This document shows positions 11,174-22,222 of a stretch of DNA of 64,000 nt, in pieces (positions within the stretch are counted from its first letter, which is position 1; each line of letters opens with the position of its first letter). This DNA is from Escherichia coli (GTDB taxonomy: Bacteria > Pseudomonadota > Gammaproteobacteria > Enterobacterales > Enterobacteriaceae). The translations under genes and the position numbers were made by a program. The notes below the pieces were generated by a model, which was not told where the DNA came from, searched no databases, and saw only the letters and a program-made list of their open reading frames with translations. Location of the stretch: NCBI RefSeq assembly GCF_045037415.1, contig NZ_CP173438.1; one strand, given 5' to 3'.

Positions 11174-11860
11174 TTATTTGGTGATATTTTTTTCAATATC
11201 ATGCAGCAAACGGTGCAACATTGCCGTGTCTCGTTGCTCTAAAAGCCCCAGGCGTTGTTGTAACCAGTCGACCAGTTTTATGTCATCTGCCACTGCCAGA
11301 GTCGTCAGCAATGTCATGGCTCGTTCGCGTAAAGCTTGCAGTTGATGTTGGTCTGCCGTTGTGTCACTTTTCGCCGGTTGTTGTATTAATGTTGCTAATT
11401 GATAGCAATAGACCATCACCGCCTGCCCCAGATTGAGCGAAGGATAATCCGCCACCATCGGCACACCAGTAAGAACGTCAGCCAACGCTAACTCTTCGTT
11501 AGTCAGCCCGGAATCTTCGCGACCAAACACCAGAGCGGCATGGCTCATCCATGAAGATTTTTCCTCTAACAGCGGCACCAGTTCTACTGGCGTAGCGTAG
11601 TAATGATATTTCGCCCGACTGCGCGCAGTGGTGGCGACAGTGAAATCGACATCGTGTAACGATTCAGCTAGTGTCTTGAAAACTTTAATATTATCAATAA
11701 TATCACCAGATCCATGTGCGACCCAACGGGCGGCTGGCTCCAGGTACGCCTGACTATCGACAATCCGCAGTTCGCTAAAACCCATCGTTTTCATTGCCCG
11801 CGCCGCTGCCCCAATATTTTCTGCTCTGGCGGGTGCAACCAGAATAATCGTTATACGCAT
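11174..11860 (-). CDS. lasT: SpoU/TrmH-family RNA 2'-O-methyltransferase, 228 aa (start at MRITIILV)
   Basis: ORF 11174..11881; SpoU-type methyltransferase sequence; located between arcA region and thrL. Confidence 0.85.
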   Translation of the reverse strand: MRITIILVAPARAENIGAAARAMKTMGFSELRIVDSQAYLEPAARWVAHGSGDIIDNIKVFKTLAESLHDVDFTVATTARSRAKYHYYATPVELVPLLEEKSSWMSHAALVFGREDSGLTNEELALADVLTGVPMVADYPSLNLGQAVMVYCYQLATLIQQPAKSDTTADQHQLQALRERAMTLLTTLAVADDIKLVDWLQQRLGLLEQRDTAMLHRLLHDIEKNITK

Positions 11861-12259
11861 ATTGCCACTCTTCTTGACCAAATAACCGCGAACAGGGTGA
11901 TCACCGTCAACTTATTACGCGGTGAGAATTTACAAATTCTTAACGTAAGTCGCAGAAAAAGCCCTTTACTTAGCTTAAAAAAGGCTAAACTATTTCCTGA
12001 CTGTACTAACGATTGAATTGTTAAAAAATGCTACATATCCTTCTGTTTACTTAGGATAATTTTATAAAAAATAAATCTCGATAATTGGATTCACCACGTT
12101 TATTAGTTGTATGATGCAACTAGTTGGATTATTAAAATAATGTGACGAAAGCTAGCATTTAGATACGATCATTTCATCAAACTGTTAACGTGCTACAATT
12201 GAACTTGATATATGTCAACGAAGCGTAGTTTTATTGGGTGTCCTGCCCCTCTTAGCCTG

Positions 12260-12400
12260 TTATATTGCTGTTAAAATGGTTAGGATGACAGCCGTTTTTG
12301 ACACTGTCGGGTCCTGAGGGAAAGTACCCACGACCAAGCTAATGATGTTGTTGACGTTGATGGAAAGTGCATCAAGAACGCAATTACGTACTTTAGTCAT
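12260..12400 (-). CDS. yjjY: Small uncharacterised protein YjjY, 46 aa (MTKVRNCVLDALSINVNNIISLVVGTFPQDPTVSKTAVILTILTAI)
   Basis: Manual translation of minus strand; ATG at 12398-12400, TAA at 12260-12262; lies in the arcA upstream region; biological reality of this small ORF is not proven by sequence alone. Confidence 0.55.
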   Translation of the reverse strand: MTKVRNCVLDALSINVNNIISLVVGTFPQDPTVSKTAVILTILTAI

Positions 12401-12495
12401 GTTACGCCGATCATGTTAATTTGCAGCATGCATCAGGCAGGTCAGGGACTTTTGTACTTCCTGTTTCGATTTAGTTGGCAATTTAGGTAGCAAAC

Positions 12496-13212
12496 ATGCA
12501 GACCCCGCACATTCTTATCGTTGAAGACGAGTTGGTAACACGCAACACGTTGAAAAGTATTTTCGAAGCGGAAGGCTATGATGTTTTCGAAGCGACAGAT
12601 GGCGCGGAAATGCATCAGATCCTCTCTGAATATGACATCAACCTGGTGATCATGGATATCAATCTGCCGGGTAAGAACGGTCTTCTGTTAGCGCGTGAAC
12701 TGCGCGAGCAGGCGAATGTTGCGTTGATGTTCCTGACTGGCCGTGACAACGAAGTCGATAAAATTCTCGGCCTCGAAATCGGTGCAGATGACTACATCAC
12801 CAAACCGTTCAACCCGCGTGAACTGACTATTCGTGCACGCAACCTGCTGTCCCGTACCATGAATCTGGGTACTGTCAGCGAAGAACGTCGTAGCGTTGAA
12901 AGCTACAAGTTCAATGGTTGGGAACTGGACATCAACAGCCGTTCGTTGATCGGCCCTGATGGCGAGCAGTACAAGCTGCCGCGCAGCGAGTTCCGCGCCA
13001 TGCTTCACTTCTGTGAAAACCCAGGTAAAATTCAGTCCCGTGCTGAACTGCTGAAGAAAATGACCGGCCGTGAGCTGAAACCGCACGACCGTACTGTAGA
13101 CGTGACGATCCGCCGTATTCGTAAACATTTCGAATCTACGCCGGATACGCCGGAAATCATCGCCACCATTCACGGTGAAGGTTATCGCTTCTGCGGTGAT
13201 CTGGAAGATTAA
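12496..13212 (+). CDS. arcA: Aerobic respiration control response regulator ArcA (OmpR family), 238 aa
   Basis: ORF 12496..13212; [28 protein letters not shown] receiver domain plus winged-helix output. Confidence 0.97.
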
Positions 13213-13228
13213 TCGGCTTTACCACCGT

Positions 13229-13266
13229 CAAAAAAAACGGCGCTTTTTAGCGCCGTTTTTATTTTT
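13229..13266. terminator. Bidirectional intrinsic terminator between convergent arcA and creD (A-run, hairpin aacggcgct/agcgccgtt, T-run)
   Basis: Symmetric hairpin flanked by A8 upstream and T-rich run downstream. Confidence 0.75.
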
Positions 13267-13271
13267 CAACA

Positions 13272-14624
13272 TTATTTCCAGATACGTAACTCATCGTCCA
13301 TGGTAACTTCTTTACTGGCTTTCATTTTCGGCAGTGAAAACGCATACCAGTCGATATTACGGGTCACAAACATCATGCCGGCCAGCGCCACCACCAGCAC
13401 ACTGGTTCCCAACAACAGCGCGCTATCGGCAGAGTTGAGCAGTCCCCACATCACACCATCCAGCAACAACAGCACGAGGGTAAACAACATGCTATTACGC
13501 CAGCCTTTCAATACCGCCTGCAAATAAATACCGTTCATTAACGCCCCAATCAGACTGGCGATTATCCATGCCACAGTAAAACCGGTATGTTCAGAAAGCG
13601 CCAGCAAGAGCAAATAAAACATCACCAATGAAAGCCCCACCAGCAAATATTGCATTGGGTGTAAACGTTGCGCGGTGAGCGTTTCAAAAACAAAGAATGC
13701 CATAAAAGTCAGCGCAATCAGCAGAATGGCGTACTTAGTCGCCCGGTCCGTTAATTGGTATTGATCGGCTGGCGTCGTCACTGCGACGCTAAACGCGGGG
13801 AAGTTTTCCCAGCCGGTATCATTGCCTGAAGCAAAACGCTCACCGAGATTATTAGCAAACCAGCTACTTTGCCATTGCGCTTGAAAACCTGACTCGCTAA
13901 CTTCCCGTTTGGCTGGTAGAAAATCACCTAAAAAACTGGGATGCGGCCAGTTGCTGGTTAAGGTCATTTCGCTATTACGCCCGCCAGGCACCACAGAAAG
14001 ATCGCCGGTACCGCTTAAATTCAGCGCCACATTCAGCTTCAGGTTCTGCTTGCGCAAGTCCCCTTCGGGTAAAGGGATATGCACGCCCTGCCCGCCTTGC
14101 TCTAACCCGGTGCCGGGTTCAATGGTCAGCGCCGTACCGTTAACTTCAGGCGCTTTCACCACACCAATACCACGCGCATCCCCGACGCTAATCACAATAA
14201 ATGGCTTGCCTAAGGTGATATTTGGCGCGTCGAGTTCGCTAAGACGCGAAACATCGAAATCGGCTTTTAGCGTTAAATCACTGTGCCAGACCTGACCGGT
14301 ATAGATGCCTATCTTGCGTTCTTCCACATTCTGATTGCCATCAACCATCAATGACTCAGGTAACCAAAAATGAATAAAACTTCGTTTCCGCTCCACGGTT
14401 TTATCGTCTTCCTGCACCGTATAAAGCTCGGTCACAGGAATAGCGATGAGCGGCCCAACGAGTTTTTGCGGCCCGCTGGTACTTTGGCGAATCACATCTT
14501 CCACATCGCTACGGTAATCGGCACGTTCGACAATCACCTGCCGAATCAGCATTATCGGAATCAACAACAGCAATACTGCACCAAACAAGGTGGTCATTTT
14601 CCAGAACAGGGGGGATTTCAACAT
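13272..14624 (-). CDS. creD: Inner membrane protein CreD, 450 aa
   Basis: ORF 13272..14624; multi-TM protein; last gene of creABCD. Confidence 0.9.
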   Translation of the reverse strand: MLKSPLFWKMTTLFGAVLLLLIPIMLIRQVIVERADYRSDVEDVIRQSTSGPQKLVGPLIAIPVTELYTVQEDDKTVERKRSFIHFWLPESLMVDGNQNVEERKIGIYTGQVWHSDLTLKADFDVSRLSELDAPNITLGKPFIVISVGDARGIGVVKAPEVNGTALTIEPGTGLEQGGQGVHIPLPEGDLRKQNLKLNVALNLSGTGDLSVVPGGRNSEMTLTSNWPHPSFLGDFLPAKREVSESGFQAQWQSSWFANNLGERFASGNDTGWENFPAFSVAVTTPADQYQLTDRATKYAILLIALTFMAFFVFETLTAQRLHPMQYLLVGLSLVMFYLLLLALSEHTGFTVAWIIASLIGALMNGIYLQAVLKGWRNSMLFTLVLLLLDGVMWGLLNSADSALLLGTSVLVVALAGMMFVTRNIDWYAFSLPKMKASKEVTMDDELRIWK

Positions 14625-14681
14625 AGTCTTCTCCTTTGCAATGACAGCAGGATACGAAGGCTATGTGGGAAGAATTTGAAG

Positions 14682-16106
14682 CTATGTGAAGTGACGGTGA
14701 AGTCGAAGCGAGGCCAGCACGCCACCTTCCTGCACGTTGCGCAGCGTGACTTCGCCGTTAAACAAACGGGCGACCTCACTGACAAACGCCAACCCCAGAC
14801 CGCTGCTTTTTTGCCCATTTGCACGCGGCAAAGAGTAAAAGCGTTCAAAAATACGTGACAGCGCGTAGTCAGGAATCCCACTACCGGTATCCAGCACCTT
14901 AAGGGTGACGTATTCCTGATCCACTTCGGCGCTTAGCGTTATGCGACCGCTCTCGGGAGTAAAATCGATGGCGTTATCCAGTAAATTCCCCAGCGCCTGC
15001 TCCAGTAACGCCGGTTCAGCAGCAACGTTAATCTCAGTAGGCATAACATGCAAAGTGATGTTTTTTTCTGCCAACTGCACGGTGCGCGCTTCGCTGACGC
15101 GGCGAAATAATGCCGCCACATCAACAGCAGTCAGAACGACTTCCTGACGATTCTCCAGTCTTGCCTGGCGTAGTAACGTTTCCACCAGTGCCTGCATTCG
15201 CGCATTTTGCGTCAGAATGTTGTCGGTAAAACGAGCCACCACTTCCGGCGGCGGACCTTCGCGTAAAATTTCCGCCGCGCCACGAATCGCCGCCAGTGGG
15301 CTTTTTAGCTCATGAGTTAACGCATAAACATACTGCTCAATATAGTTTTTCCCTTCCAGCTTCACGCGCATACTTTCCAGCGCCTGCGCGAGTTTACGCA
15401 GCTCGCTACTACCGAGATCGGGGAGAGGAACGGGCTTATTGTCAGTGACGGAATCAGCATAGCGAGTGAGCCGGGCAATAGAGCGGTTGATCCACCAAAC
15501 CATGCCTGCGCCAATCACCAGTGCAATCCCCAACAAAATGGCGCTGGCCCATAAAATTCGCCGCTCGCTACGCTTAATGACCGGGGCCATCGCCGCGTTC
15601 GGTTTGCCTACGCTCAAAACGCCAATAAGCCGCGAGCCGTCCATAATCGGCGCGGCAACATACATCACAGAACTTTCGGGATCGGCAGGATTTTGCAACG
15701 TGCTGCGCGCACCATACTGACCACGCAACGTTAGCCAGACGTCATTCCAGCGCGAATAATCCTGTCCAACGGCTTTATTTGCCGAATCAAACAATACTTT
15801 GCCCTGCGCATCGGTCATATAGACATGATATTCGTTGCGCACTTTGTTAATGCCACCGATATTGGCGCGAAACGGGCGATGTTGTAGCTGATTAAACGCC
15901 TGCGCCAGTTGCCCATGCGTTGGGTCCCCAGAGAGCAAATCGGGACGCGCCAGCTCCGCCAGCAACGTTGCGGTGTCGATTAACGTCCCCTCGGTTGCTC
16001 TTCGCACGCCCGGTTTAACTTCTTTGACAAAAATAGCCAGTACGAACCAGGCCGCCACCGCCACCAGTAAAAAATAGCCCAGCAACAACCGCATGCCGAT
16101 ACGCAT
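14682..16106 (-). CDS. creC: Sensor histidine kinase CreC, 474 aa
   Basis: ORF 14682..16106; HisKA motif ELKSPLAAIRGAAEIL and HATPase domain; start overlaps creB stop by 1 nt. Confidence 0.93.
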   Translation of the reverse strand: MRIGMRLLLGYFLLVAVAAWFVLAIFVKEVKPGVRRATEGTLIDTATLLAELARPDLLSGDPTHGQLAQAFNQLQHRPFRANIGGINKVRNEYHVYMTDAQGKVLFDSANKAVGQDYSRWNDVWLTLRGQYGARSTLQNPADPESSVMYVAAPIMDGSRLIGVLSVGKPNAAMAPVIKRSERRILWASAILLGIALVIGAGMVWWINRSIARLTRYADSVTDNKPVPLPDLGSSELRKLAQALESMRVKLEGKNYIEQYVYALTHELKSPLAAIRGAAEILREGPPPEVVARFTDNILTQNARMQALVETLLRQARLENRQEVVLTAVDVAALFRRVSEARTVQLAEKNITLHVMPTEINVAAEPALLEQALGNLLDNAIDFTPESGRITLSAEVDQEYVTLKVLDTGSGIPDYALSRIFERFYSLPRANGQKSSGLGLAFVSEVARLFNGEVTLRNVQEGGVLASLRLHRHFT

Positions 16107-16795
16107 TACAGGCCCCTCAGGCTATATCCCATGCCGCGATGAGTATTAATCGGTGAAAGATCGGGGTTGATGGCGCGCAGCTTGGCACGCAGCGTTTTAA
16201 TGTGGGTATCGACGGTGCGATCGTAGGTGTCCTGCGCATCTTCCCACACGCTATCCATTAGTTGCTGGCGGGACCAGACGCGGCCCGGCGACTTGAGTAA
16301 CGTCTTCAGCAATAAAAACTCATACCGCGTCAGCGTTAATGGCGTGTCAAACCAGCTGATCTGCGCCGCAGGTTCATTCAATTCAAAATGACCAATACGG
16401 ATAACGGGAGACGGCGTCGAGAACTTCTTCACCCGACGCAGTAAGGTGCGCACTCTGGCGCACACTTCGCGAGGTGAAAACGGTTTAGCCACGTAGTCGT
16501 CAGCGCCAATTTCCAGCCCAAGCAGGCGATCGACCTCTTCACTTCGGGCCGTCAGGAACAGTACAGGTAACGCCGGATGGAGCGCCAGTAACTGGCGGCA
16601 CAATTCAAAGCCGCTGATATCAGGCAAACCAACATCGAGAATCATGACATCGGGAACCTGCTGGCGAGCTTTATCCAGCACTGGCAAGCCTCGCTCAAAG
16701 ACCTCGACGCCAAAACCTTCCTGTTGCAACATGTAGACCAGCGTATCGGCTATCCCTTGCTCGTCTTCTACTAACCAGACCGTTTCCCGTTGCAT
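16106..16795 (-). CDS. creB: Response regulator CreB (OmpR family), 229 aa
   Basis: ORF 16106..16795; receiver domain plus winged helix. Confidence 0.93.
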   Translation of the reverse strand: MQRETVWLVEDEQGIADTLVYMLQQEGFGVEVFERGLPVLDKARQQVPDVMILDVGLPDISGFELCRQLLALHPALPVLFLTARSEEVDRLLGLEIGADDYVAKPFSPREVCARVRTLLRRVKKFSTPSPVIRIGHFELNEPAAQISWFDTPLTLTRYEFLLLKTLLKSPGRVWSRQQLMDSVWEDAQDTYDRTVDTHIKTLRAKLRAINPDLSPINTHRGMGYSLRGL

Positions 16796-16807
16796 AAATC
16801 GCCTCTG

Positions 16808-17281
16808 TTATTGCCGCCACGGCATGACAGGAACCGCGCTAATCGCGTTTTTCGGCGAACCTTCTACAACTTTGTCGGAGTAAGCCAGATAAGCGAGCGC
16901 GTTGCGTTTAGCGTCATAAAAGCGCACGACCTGTAACGACTTAAAGACCAGGGACGTGCGTTTTTTGAATACTACCTCGCCCTGAGCTTTGCCGTTTTTA
17001 ATACGATCCGACAGTTCAATCGGCCCGACTTGTTGACAAGAAATGGCCGCATCGGAGGTATCTTCTGCCAGGCCCAATCCCCCTTTAATACCACCGGTTT
17101 TCGCCCGGCTCACATAACAGGTGACATTTTTCACATCGGGATCGTCAAAGGCTTCAACAACAATTTTGTGATCCGGGCCGATCATTTTAAATACGGTGTC
17201 GACCGAACCAATCTCTTCTGCATGAGCCAATGGCCCCAGCATTATCAGGCTTAAAGAAAGGATTAAATGCTTGTATTTCAT
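16808..17281 (-). CDS. creA: CreA protein (DUF1090-like periplasmic), 157 aa, signal peptide
   Basis: ORF 16808..17281; N-terminal signal peptide; first gene of cre operon. Confidence 0.88.
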
Positions 17282-17491
17282 ATTGTTACCATTTTTATCT
17301 ATTACACGAGCAATTAGTTCGTCACGGTAAATAACATATTGATTAAGAACAAAATCTCAATACTTTTATTTCCGTCAAGCCCTAAAACATACTCGACTAA
17401 GAAAAAAACACTGAATGCTAAAACAGCAAAAAATGCTATTATCCAATTACCTGATGTCAGGTGCTCGTTGTTGAAAGGATGAGGATATTTT

Positions 17492-18361
17492 ATGGATCAG
17501 GCCGGCATTATTCGCGACCTTTTAATCTGGCTGGAAGGTCATCTGGATCAGCCCCTGTCGCTCGACAATGTAGCGGCGAAAGCAGGTTATTCCAAGTGGC
17601 ACTTACAGAGAATGTTTAAAGATGTCACTGGCCATGCTATTGGCGCGTATATTCGTGCTCGTCGTTTGTCGAAATCGGCGGTCGCACTACGCCTGACTGC
17701 GCGTCCGATTCTGGACATCGCGCTGCAATACCGCTTCGACTCTCAACAGACATTTACCCGCGCATTCAAGAAGCAGTTTGCCCAGACTCCTGCACTTTAC
17801 CGCCGTTCTCCTGAATGGAGCGCCTTTGGTATTCGCCCGCCGCTGCGTCTGGGTGAATTCACTATGCCAGAGCACAAATTTGTCACCCTGGAAGATACGC
17901 CGCTGATTGGTGTTACCCAGAGCTACTCCTGTTCGCTGGAGCAAATCTCTGATTTCCGCCATGAAATGCGCTACCAGTTCTGGCACGATTTTCTCGGCAA
18001 CGCGCCGACCATTCCGCCGGTGCTCTACGGCCTGAATGAAACGCGTCCGAGTCAGGATAAAGACGATGAACAAGAGGTATTCTATACCACCGCGTTAGCC
18101 CAGGATCAGGCAGATGGCTATGTACTGACGGGGCATCCGGTGATGCTGCAGGGCGGCGAATATGTGATGTTTACCTATGAAGGTCTGGGAACCGGCGTGC
18201 AGGAGTTTATCCTGACGGTATATGGAACATGCATGCCAATGCTCAACCTGACGCGCCGTAAAGGTCAGGATATTGAGCGATACTACCCGGCAGAAGATGC
18301 CAAAGCGGGAGATCGCCCAATTAATCTGCGCTGTGAACTGCTGATTCCGATCCGTCGTTAA
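17492..18361 (+). CDS. rob: AraC/XylS-family transcriptional activator Rob (right origin-binding protein), 289 aa
   Basis: ORF 17492..18361; N-terminal AraC-type HTH, C-terminal GyrI-like domain. Confidence 0.95.
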   Translation: MDQAGIIRDLLIWLEGHLDQPLSLDNVAAKAGYSKWHLQRMFKDVTGHAIGAYIRARRLSKSAVALRLTARPILDIALQYRFDSQQTFTRAFKKQFAQTPALYRRSPEWSAFGIRPPLRLGEFTMPEHKFVTLEDTPLIGVTQSYSCSLEQISDFRHEMRYQFWHDFLGNAPTIPPVLYGLNETRPSQDKDDEQEVFYTTALAQDQADGYVLTGHPVMLQGGEYVMFTYEGLGTGVQEFILTVYGTCMPMLNLTRRKGQDIERYYPAEDAKAGDRPINLRCELLIPIRR

Positions 18362-19005
18362 CGCTGCAGCTCATCTAATGCAGGGGCGTCCAGATGCGAG
18401 ATGTCCCCTGCGGTTTCAACCACCCAGCCAGACGCCAGCCACAGGCTTTCCTGATAATCCACGCGCGAAATAGAACAGTTACGCAGACGTAAGCGGCGCT
18501 CTGCCCATGCTGGTAATCCGAGAATCGTACTCACCAGGCATCCCAGTGCAATACCATGGCTCACCAGTAGCGGTCGGCTTCCCTGCGGTAAGTCCCGGCA
18601 AGATTCCAGTGCCGCATTAACGCGATCGCTGAGCTCCTGCATTGACTCGCCTTCAGGAATACGCCCGTCAACGGTGCCATTGACCAGTTGCCGACGCCAG
18701 TTCTCTTCTTCTTCGGTGAGTGAATCGATATTTCTTGTTTCCAGTACACCCATATTTAATTCACGCAGGCGAGAATCAAATATGATGTCACAGCCGCAGG
18801 CCTGGGCGATGATTTCCGCCGTGCGCCGGGTGCGTCCTAAATCGCTACTGATGATATGCGTAATGCCAAGCTCTTTGGCACGGGTTGCCACCTGCATCGC
18901 CTGTTGCTCACCTTTGGCGGTCAGCGGGCTGTCAGACTGGCCCTGAATACGTCGCTCGGCGTTCCACTGCGTTTCACCGTGGCGGACTAGGTATACCTGT
19001 AACAT
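18358..19005 (-). CDS. gpmB: Histidine-phosphatase-family phosphoglycerate mutase GpmB, 215 aa
   Basis: ORF 18358..19005; catalytic RHGETQWN motif; stop codon overlaps rob stop. Confidence 0.93.
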   Translation of the reverse strand: MLQVYLVRHGETQWNAERRIQGQSDSPLTAKGEQQAMQVATRAKELGITHIISSDLGRTRRTAEIIAQACGCDIIFDSRLRELNMGVLETRNIDSLTEEEENWRRQLVNGTVDGRIPEGESMQELSDRVNAALESCRDLPQGSRPLLVSHGIALGCLVSTILGLPAWAERRLRLRNCSISRVDYQESLWLASGWVVETAGDISHLDAPALDELQR

Positions 19006-19044
19006 GCTTTTTTTCCGTATACTGCTGTAACGTTAATTTTCTGA

Positions 19045-19584
<540 letters not shown>

Positions 19585-19587
19585 TTA

Positions 19588-19658
19588 GGCGTTCACGCCG
19601 CATCCGGCATTCGGTGCACGATGCCTGATGCGACGCTGACGCATCTTATCAGGCCTAC
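19588..19658. repeat. REP/BIME element (two inverted REP units) in yjjX-trpR intergenic region
   Basis: Contains cgccgcatccggca and gatgcctgatgcgacgc..atcaggcctac, matching the REP consensus seen elsewhere in the window. Confidence 0.75.
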
Positions 19659-19662
19659 AAAA

Positions 19663-20004
<342 letters not shown>

Positions 20005-20036
20005 TTAGCGGGGGAAGCAAAATGCCTCCCCCGGTT

Positions 20037-20054
20037 GTACTCGCTAAAGAGTAC
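20037..20054 (-). promoter_or_regulatory. Candidate TrpR operator in the trpR promoter (gtactcgctaaagagtac; autoregulation)
   Basis: Imperfect palindrome with GTAC...GTAC arms about 50 bp upstream of trpR start, resembling trp-type operators. Confidence 0.6.
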
Positions 20055-20078
20055 GATAGCATATCATAAACGTGTGGA

Positions 20079-22016
20079 TCAGTAACGACGTCCCCATTCC
20101 GTGGCGCTCATCAACGTCGGTTTATCCCCCATGAAATAGCGGTAGTAAGCGTCATAAGCCAGCACGTTTTTCACATAACCGCGCGTCTCGGAGAATGGAA
20201 TACTCTCGACAAATGCCACTGCGTCGATACGCCCTGCGCTGTTGCCAAGCCAGGTCCGCACCCGCCCTGGTCCGGCGTTATAAGCTGCTGAGGAGAAAAT
20301 ACGGTTATTGCCAAACTGCTGATAAACATATTGCAGGTAACTGGTGCCAATGTTGATGTTCGTTTCCGGATCCAGCAATTGCCCAGGGCTGCTATAACCG
20401 GGAATAGAGAACATCTTCACCGTATGGGTCGCGGTACCAGGCATAATCTGCATCAGGCCGCTGGCCCCTACCGGTGATTTCACTTTCGGATTCCAGGCAC
20501 TCTCCTGACGAGCAATCGCCATCGCATAGCTTTGCGGGATCTCCTTACCACTGGTGTAGCGTTTGAAAAGATCGTTGTAAGCCAGCGGGAATCGCTCTTC
20601 CAGATGATCCCACAGCTTCCCGGCGATCGTTGCCTGAACGCTAAGATCCCACCATTGGTTATTGAAAGCATACCGAGCCAGTTGAGCCTGCTCTGTTTTT
20701 GACTTGCTCTTCACCAGATTGGCCCACTCGCTACGCGCGGTGTTATCGAGATTCCAGTACATCAACTCGCGCACGCGCGCCATCTCCGGCCCCTGAGTCA
20801 GGGCGCTGTCAACATTCTGCGGCGCTTTATCAATCTTCAGCTCATACTCTTCGCCGATGCGTTGTGCAGCAACCATCGGGTAGAAACCACGCTGTTGCAT
20901 GAGTTGATGCAAAATCTCTTTTGCTTCAGCTTCACGTCCGCGTTCCAGCAGTAAATCCGCCTGCCAGTAACGCCATTCATCTTTCTCTTTCGCTTCCATA
21001 GGCAGACGCGCCAGCCAGGTATTCAGGCCGCGACGATCGCCGGTGCCAAGCGCCATTCGCACACGGCGTTCAATAAGCGAAGTAGATTGCGAGCGCATAA
21101 TCGCGTCATCGCGCCATTTCGCCTGCTCGTCGGTGACATCGTTGCCCATCAAACGCCAGGCGACAATATCGCGCAGCTCCTGAATCTGATCTTCATTAAG
21201 CTGCTGTGCCTGAGCAAGCGACGGGATCATCAGCCGTGCATTTTCAGCATCCTGCCGCGCCACACTGGCAAACGCCACCGCCGCCATTTGACGGGTAAAA
21301 TCGGTCGCGCCGGTTGTACGCGCGAAGGTCAGTACCGTATTAGGGTTGTTCGCCAGTGAAATGATTGCCGAAGCGATAGTCTGGTAATCGGCAGGCATCT
21401 GCCCTGCCAGCACTGTTACCAGGCCGGTGTTACCCGCTTTCATCGCCAGACGGATACGCTCTAAATACGCCAGCGGATCTTGTTTACCTGACGCACGCCA
21501 GACGCTAAATAACTTGTCACAGGCGTTAGGCTGGCTCTTGCCGGTTAGCCACAGCTCTTTCGCCCCTTGCCAGGCTTCTTCACTCTGCCCGGTGTTCCAT
21601 TTCGCATAGTAGTAATTACATTGCGCTTCGGTAGTTCCGGGCTTTTCCGGGCTAAAGGCTAACAAGCCACGCCAGTCTTCACGCCGCGCCAGTTCATTGA
21701 CGAAACGAGATTGCAGCGTGCGAGCGGGAGGAAGCGTGGGGTTAGCGCGAACAAAGTTAGTGACCGTCACCGCCGGTTGATTCATCAGGTCATCAGTGAT
21801 CTGGCGGTATTCCAGGTAGGGATAAAGTGGGTAATCTTTCAGTCCAGGCATCATTTGTTCGACCACATCCATTTGTCGATTATCCCAGGCCTGCTTAATT
21901 TGCGCGTAACGGCTACGCTGCTCATCCAGTGAGTCGGCTCGCGCCACGCTGCTGACCGTCAGCAGACAGACACCGGCAGCCAACAGCCGCCAGGTAACGT
22001 GTTTGGCTTTTTCCAC
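20079..22016 (-). CDS. slt: Soluble lytic murein transglycosylase Slt70, 645 aa, GTG start (MEKAKHVTWR), signal peptide
   Basis: ORF 20079..22046; GTG at 22014-22016 preceded by GAGGAT SD; catalytic motif ESAWNPKVKSPVGASGLMQIMP. Confidence 0.93.
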   Translation of the reverse strand: MEKAKHVTWRLLAAGVCLLTVSSVARADSLDEQRSRYAQIKQAWDNRQMDVVEQMMPGLKDYPLYPYLEYRQITDDLMNQPAVTVTNFVRANPTLPPARTLQSRFVNELARREDWRGLLAFSPEKPGTTEAQCNYYYAKWNTGQSEEAWQGAKELWLTGKSQPNACDKLFSVWRASGKQDPLAYLERIRLAMKAGNTGLVTVLAGQMPADYQTIASAIISLANNPNTVLTFARTTGATDFTRQMAAVAFASVARQDAENARLMIPSLAQAQQLNEDQIQELRDIVAWRLMGNDVTDEQAKWRDDAIMRSQSTSLIERRVRMALGTGDRRGLNTWLARLPMEAKEKDEWRYWQADLLLERGREAEAKEILHQLMQQRGFYPMVAAQRIGEEYELKIDKAPQNVDSALTQGPEMARVRELMYWNLDNTARSEWANLVKSKSKTEQAQLARYAFNNQWWDLSVQATIAGKLWDHLEERFPLAYNDLFKRYTSGKEIPQSYAMAIARQESAWNPKVKSPVGASGLMQIMPGTATHTVKMFSIPGYSSPGQLLDPETNINIGTSYLQYVYQQFGNNRIFSSAAYNAGPGRVRTWLGNSAGRIDAVAFVESIPFSETRGYVKNVLAYDAYYRYFMGDKPTLMSATEWGRRY

Positions 22017-22222
22017 AAGCGCATCCTCTAAGTGTAAATACATCAATGCAGCGTCATGCCGCGTAATAGATTTATGCTAACCAGTCATTGCCGTTTACGC
22101 CACGTTACGGACACTTTTTTACTTTTACGGGGTGATCGACTGGCTGGGATTAGACAGGGAAACAGGCTACACTTCGCCTTTGAAAACTCATCATCACGAT
22201 AAACATAGAGGCGAAGTCCAAC

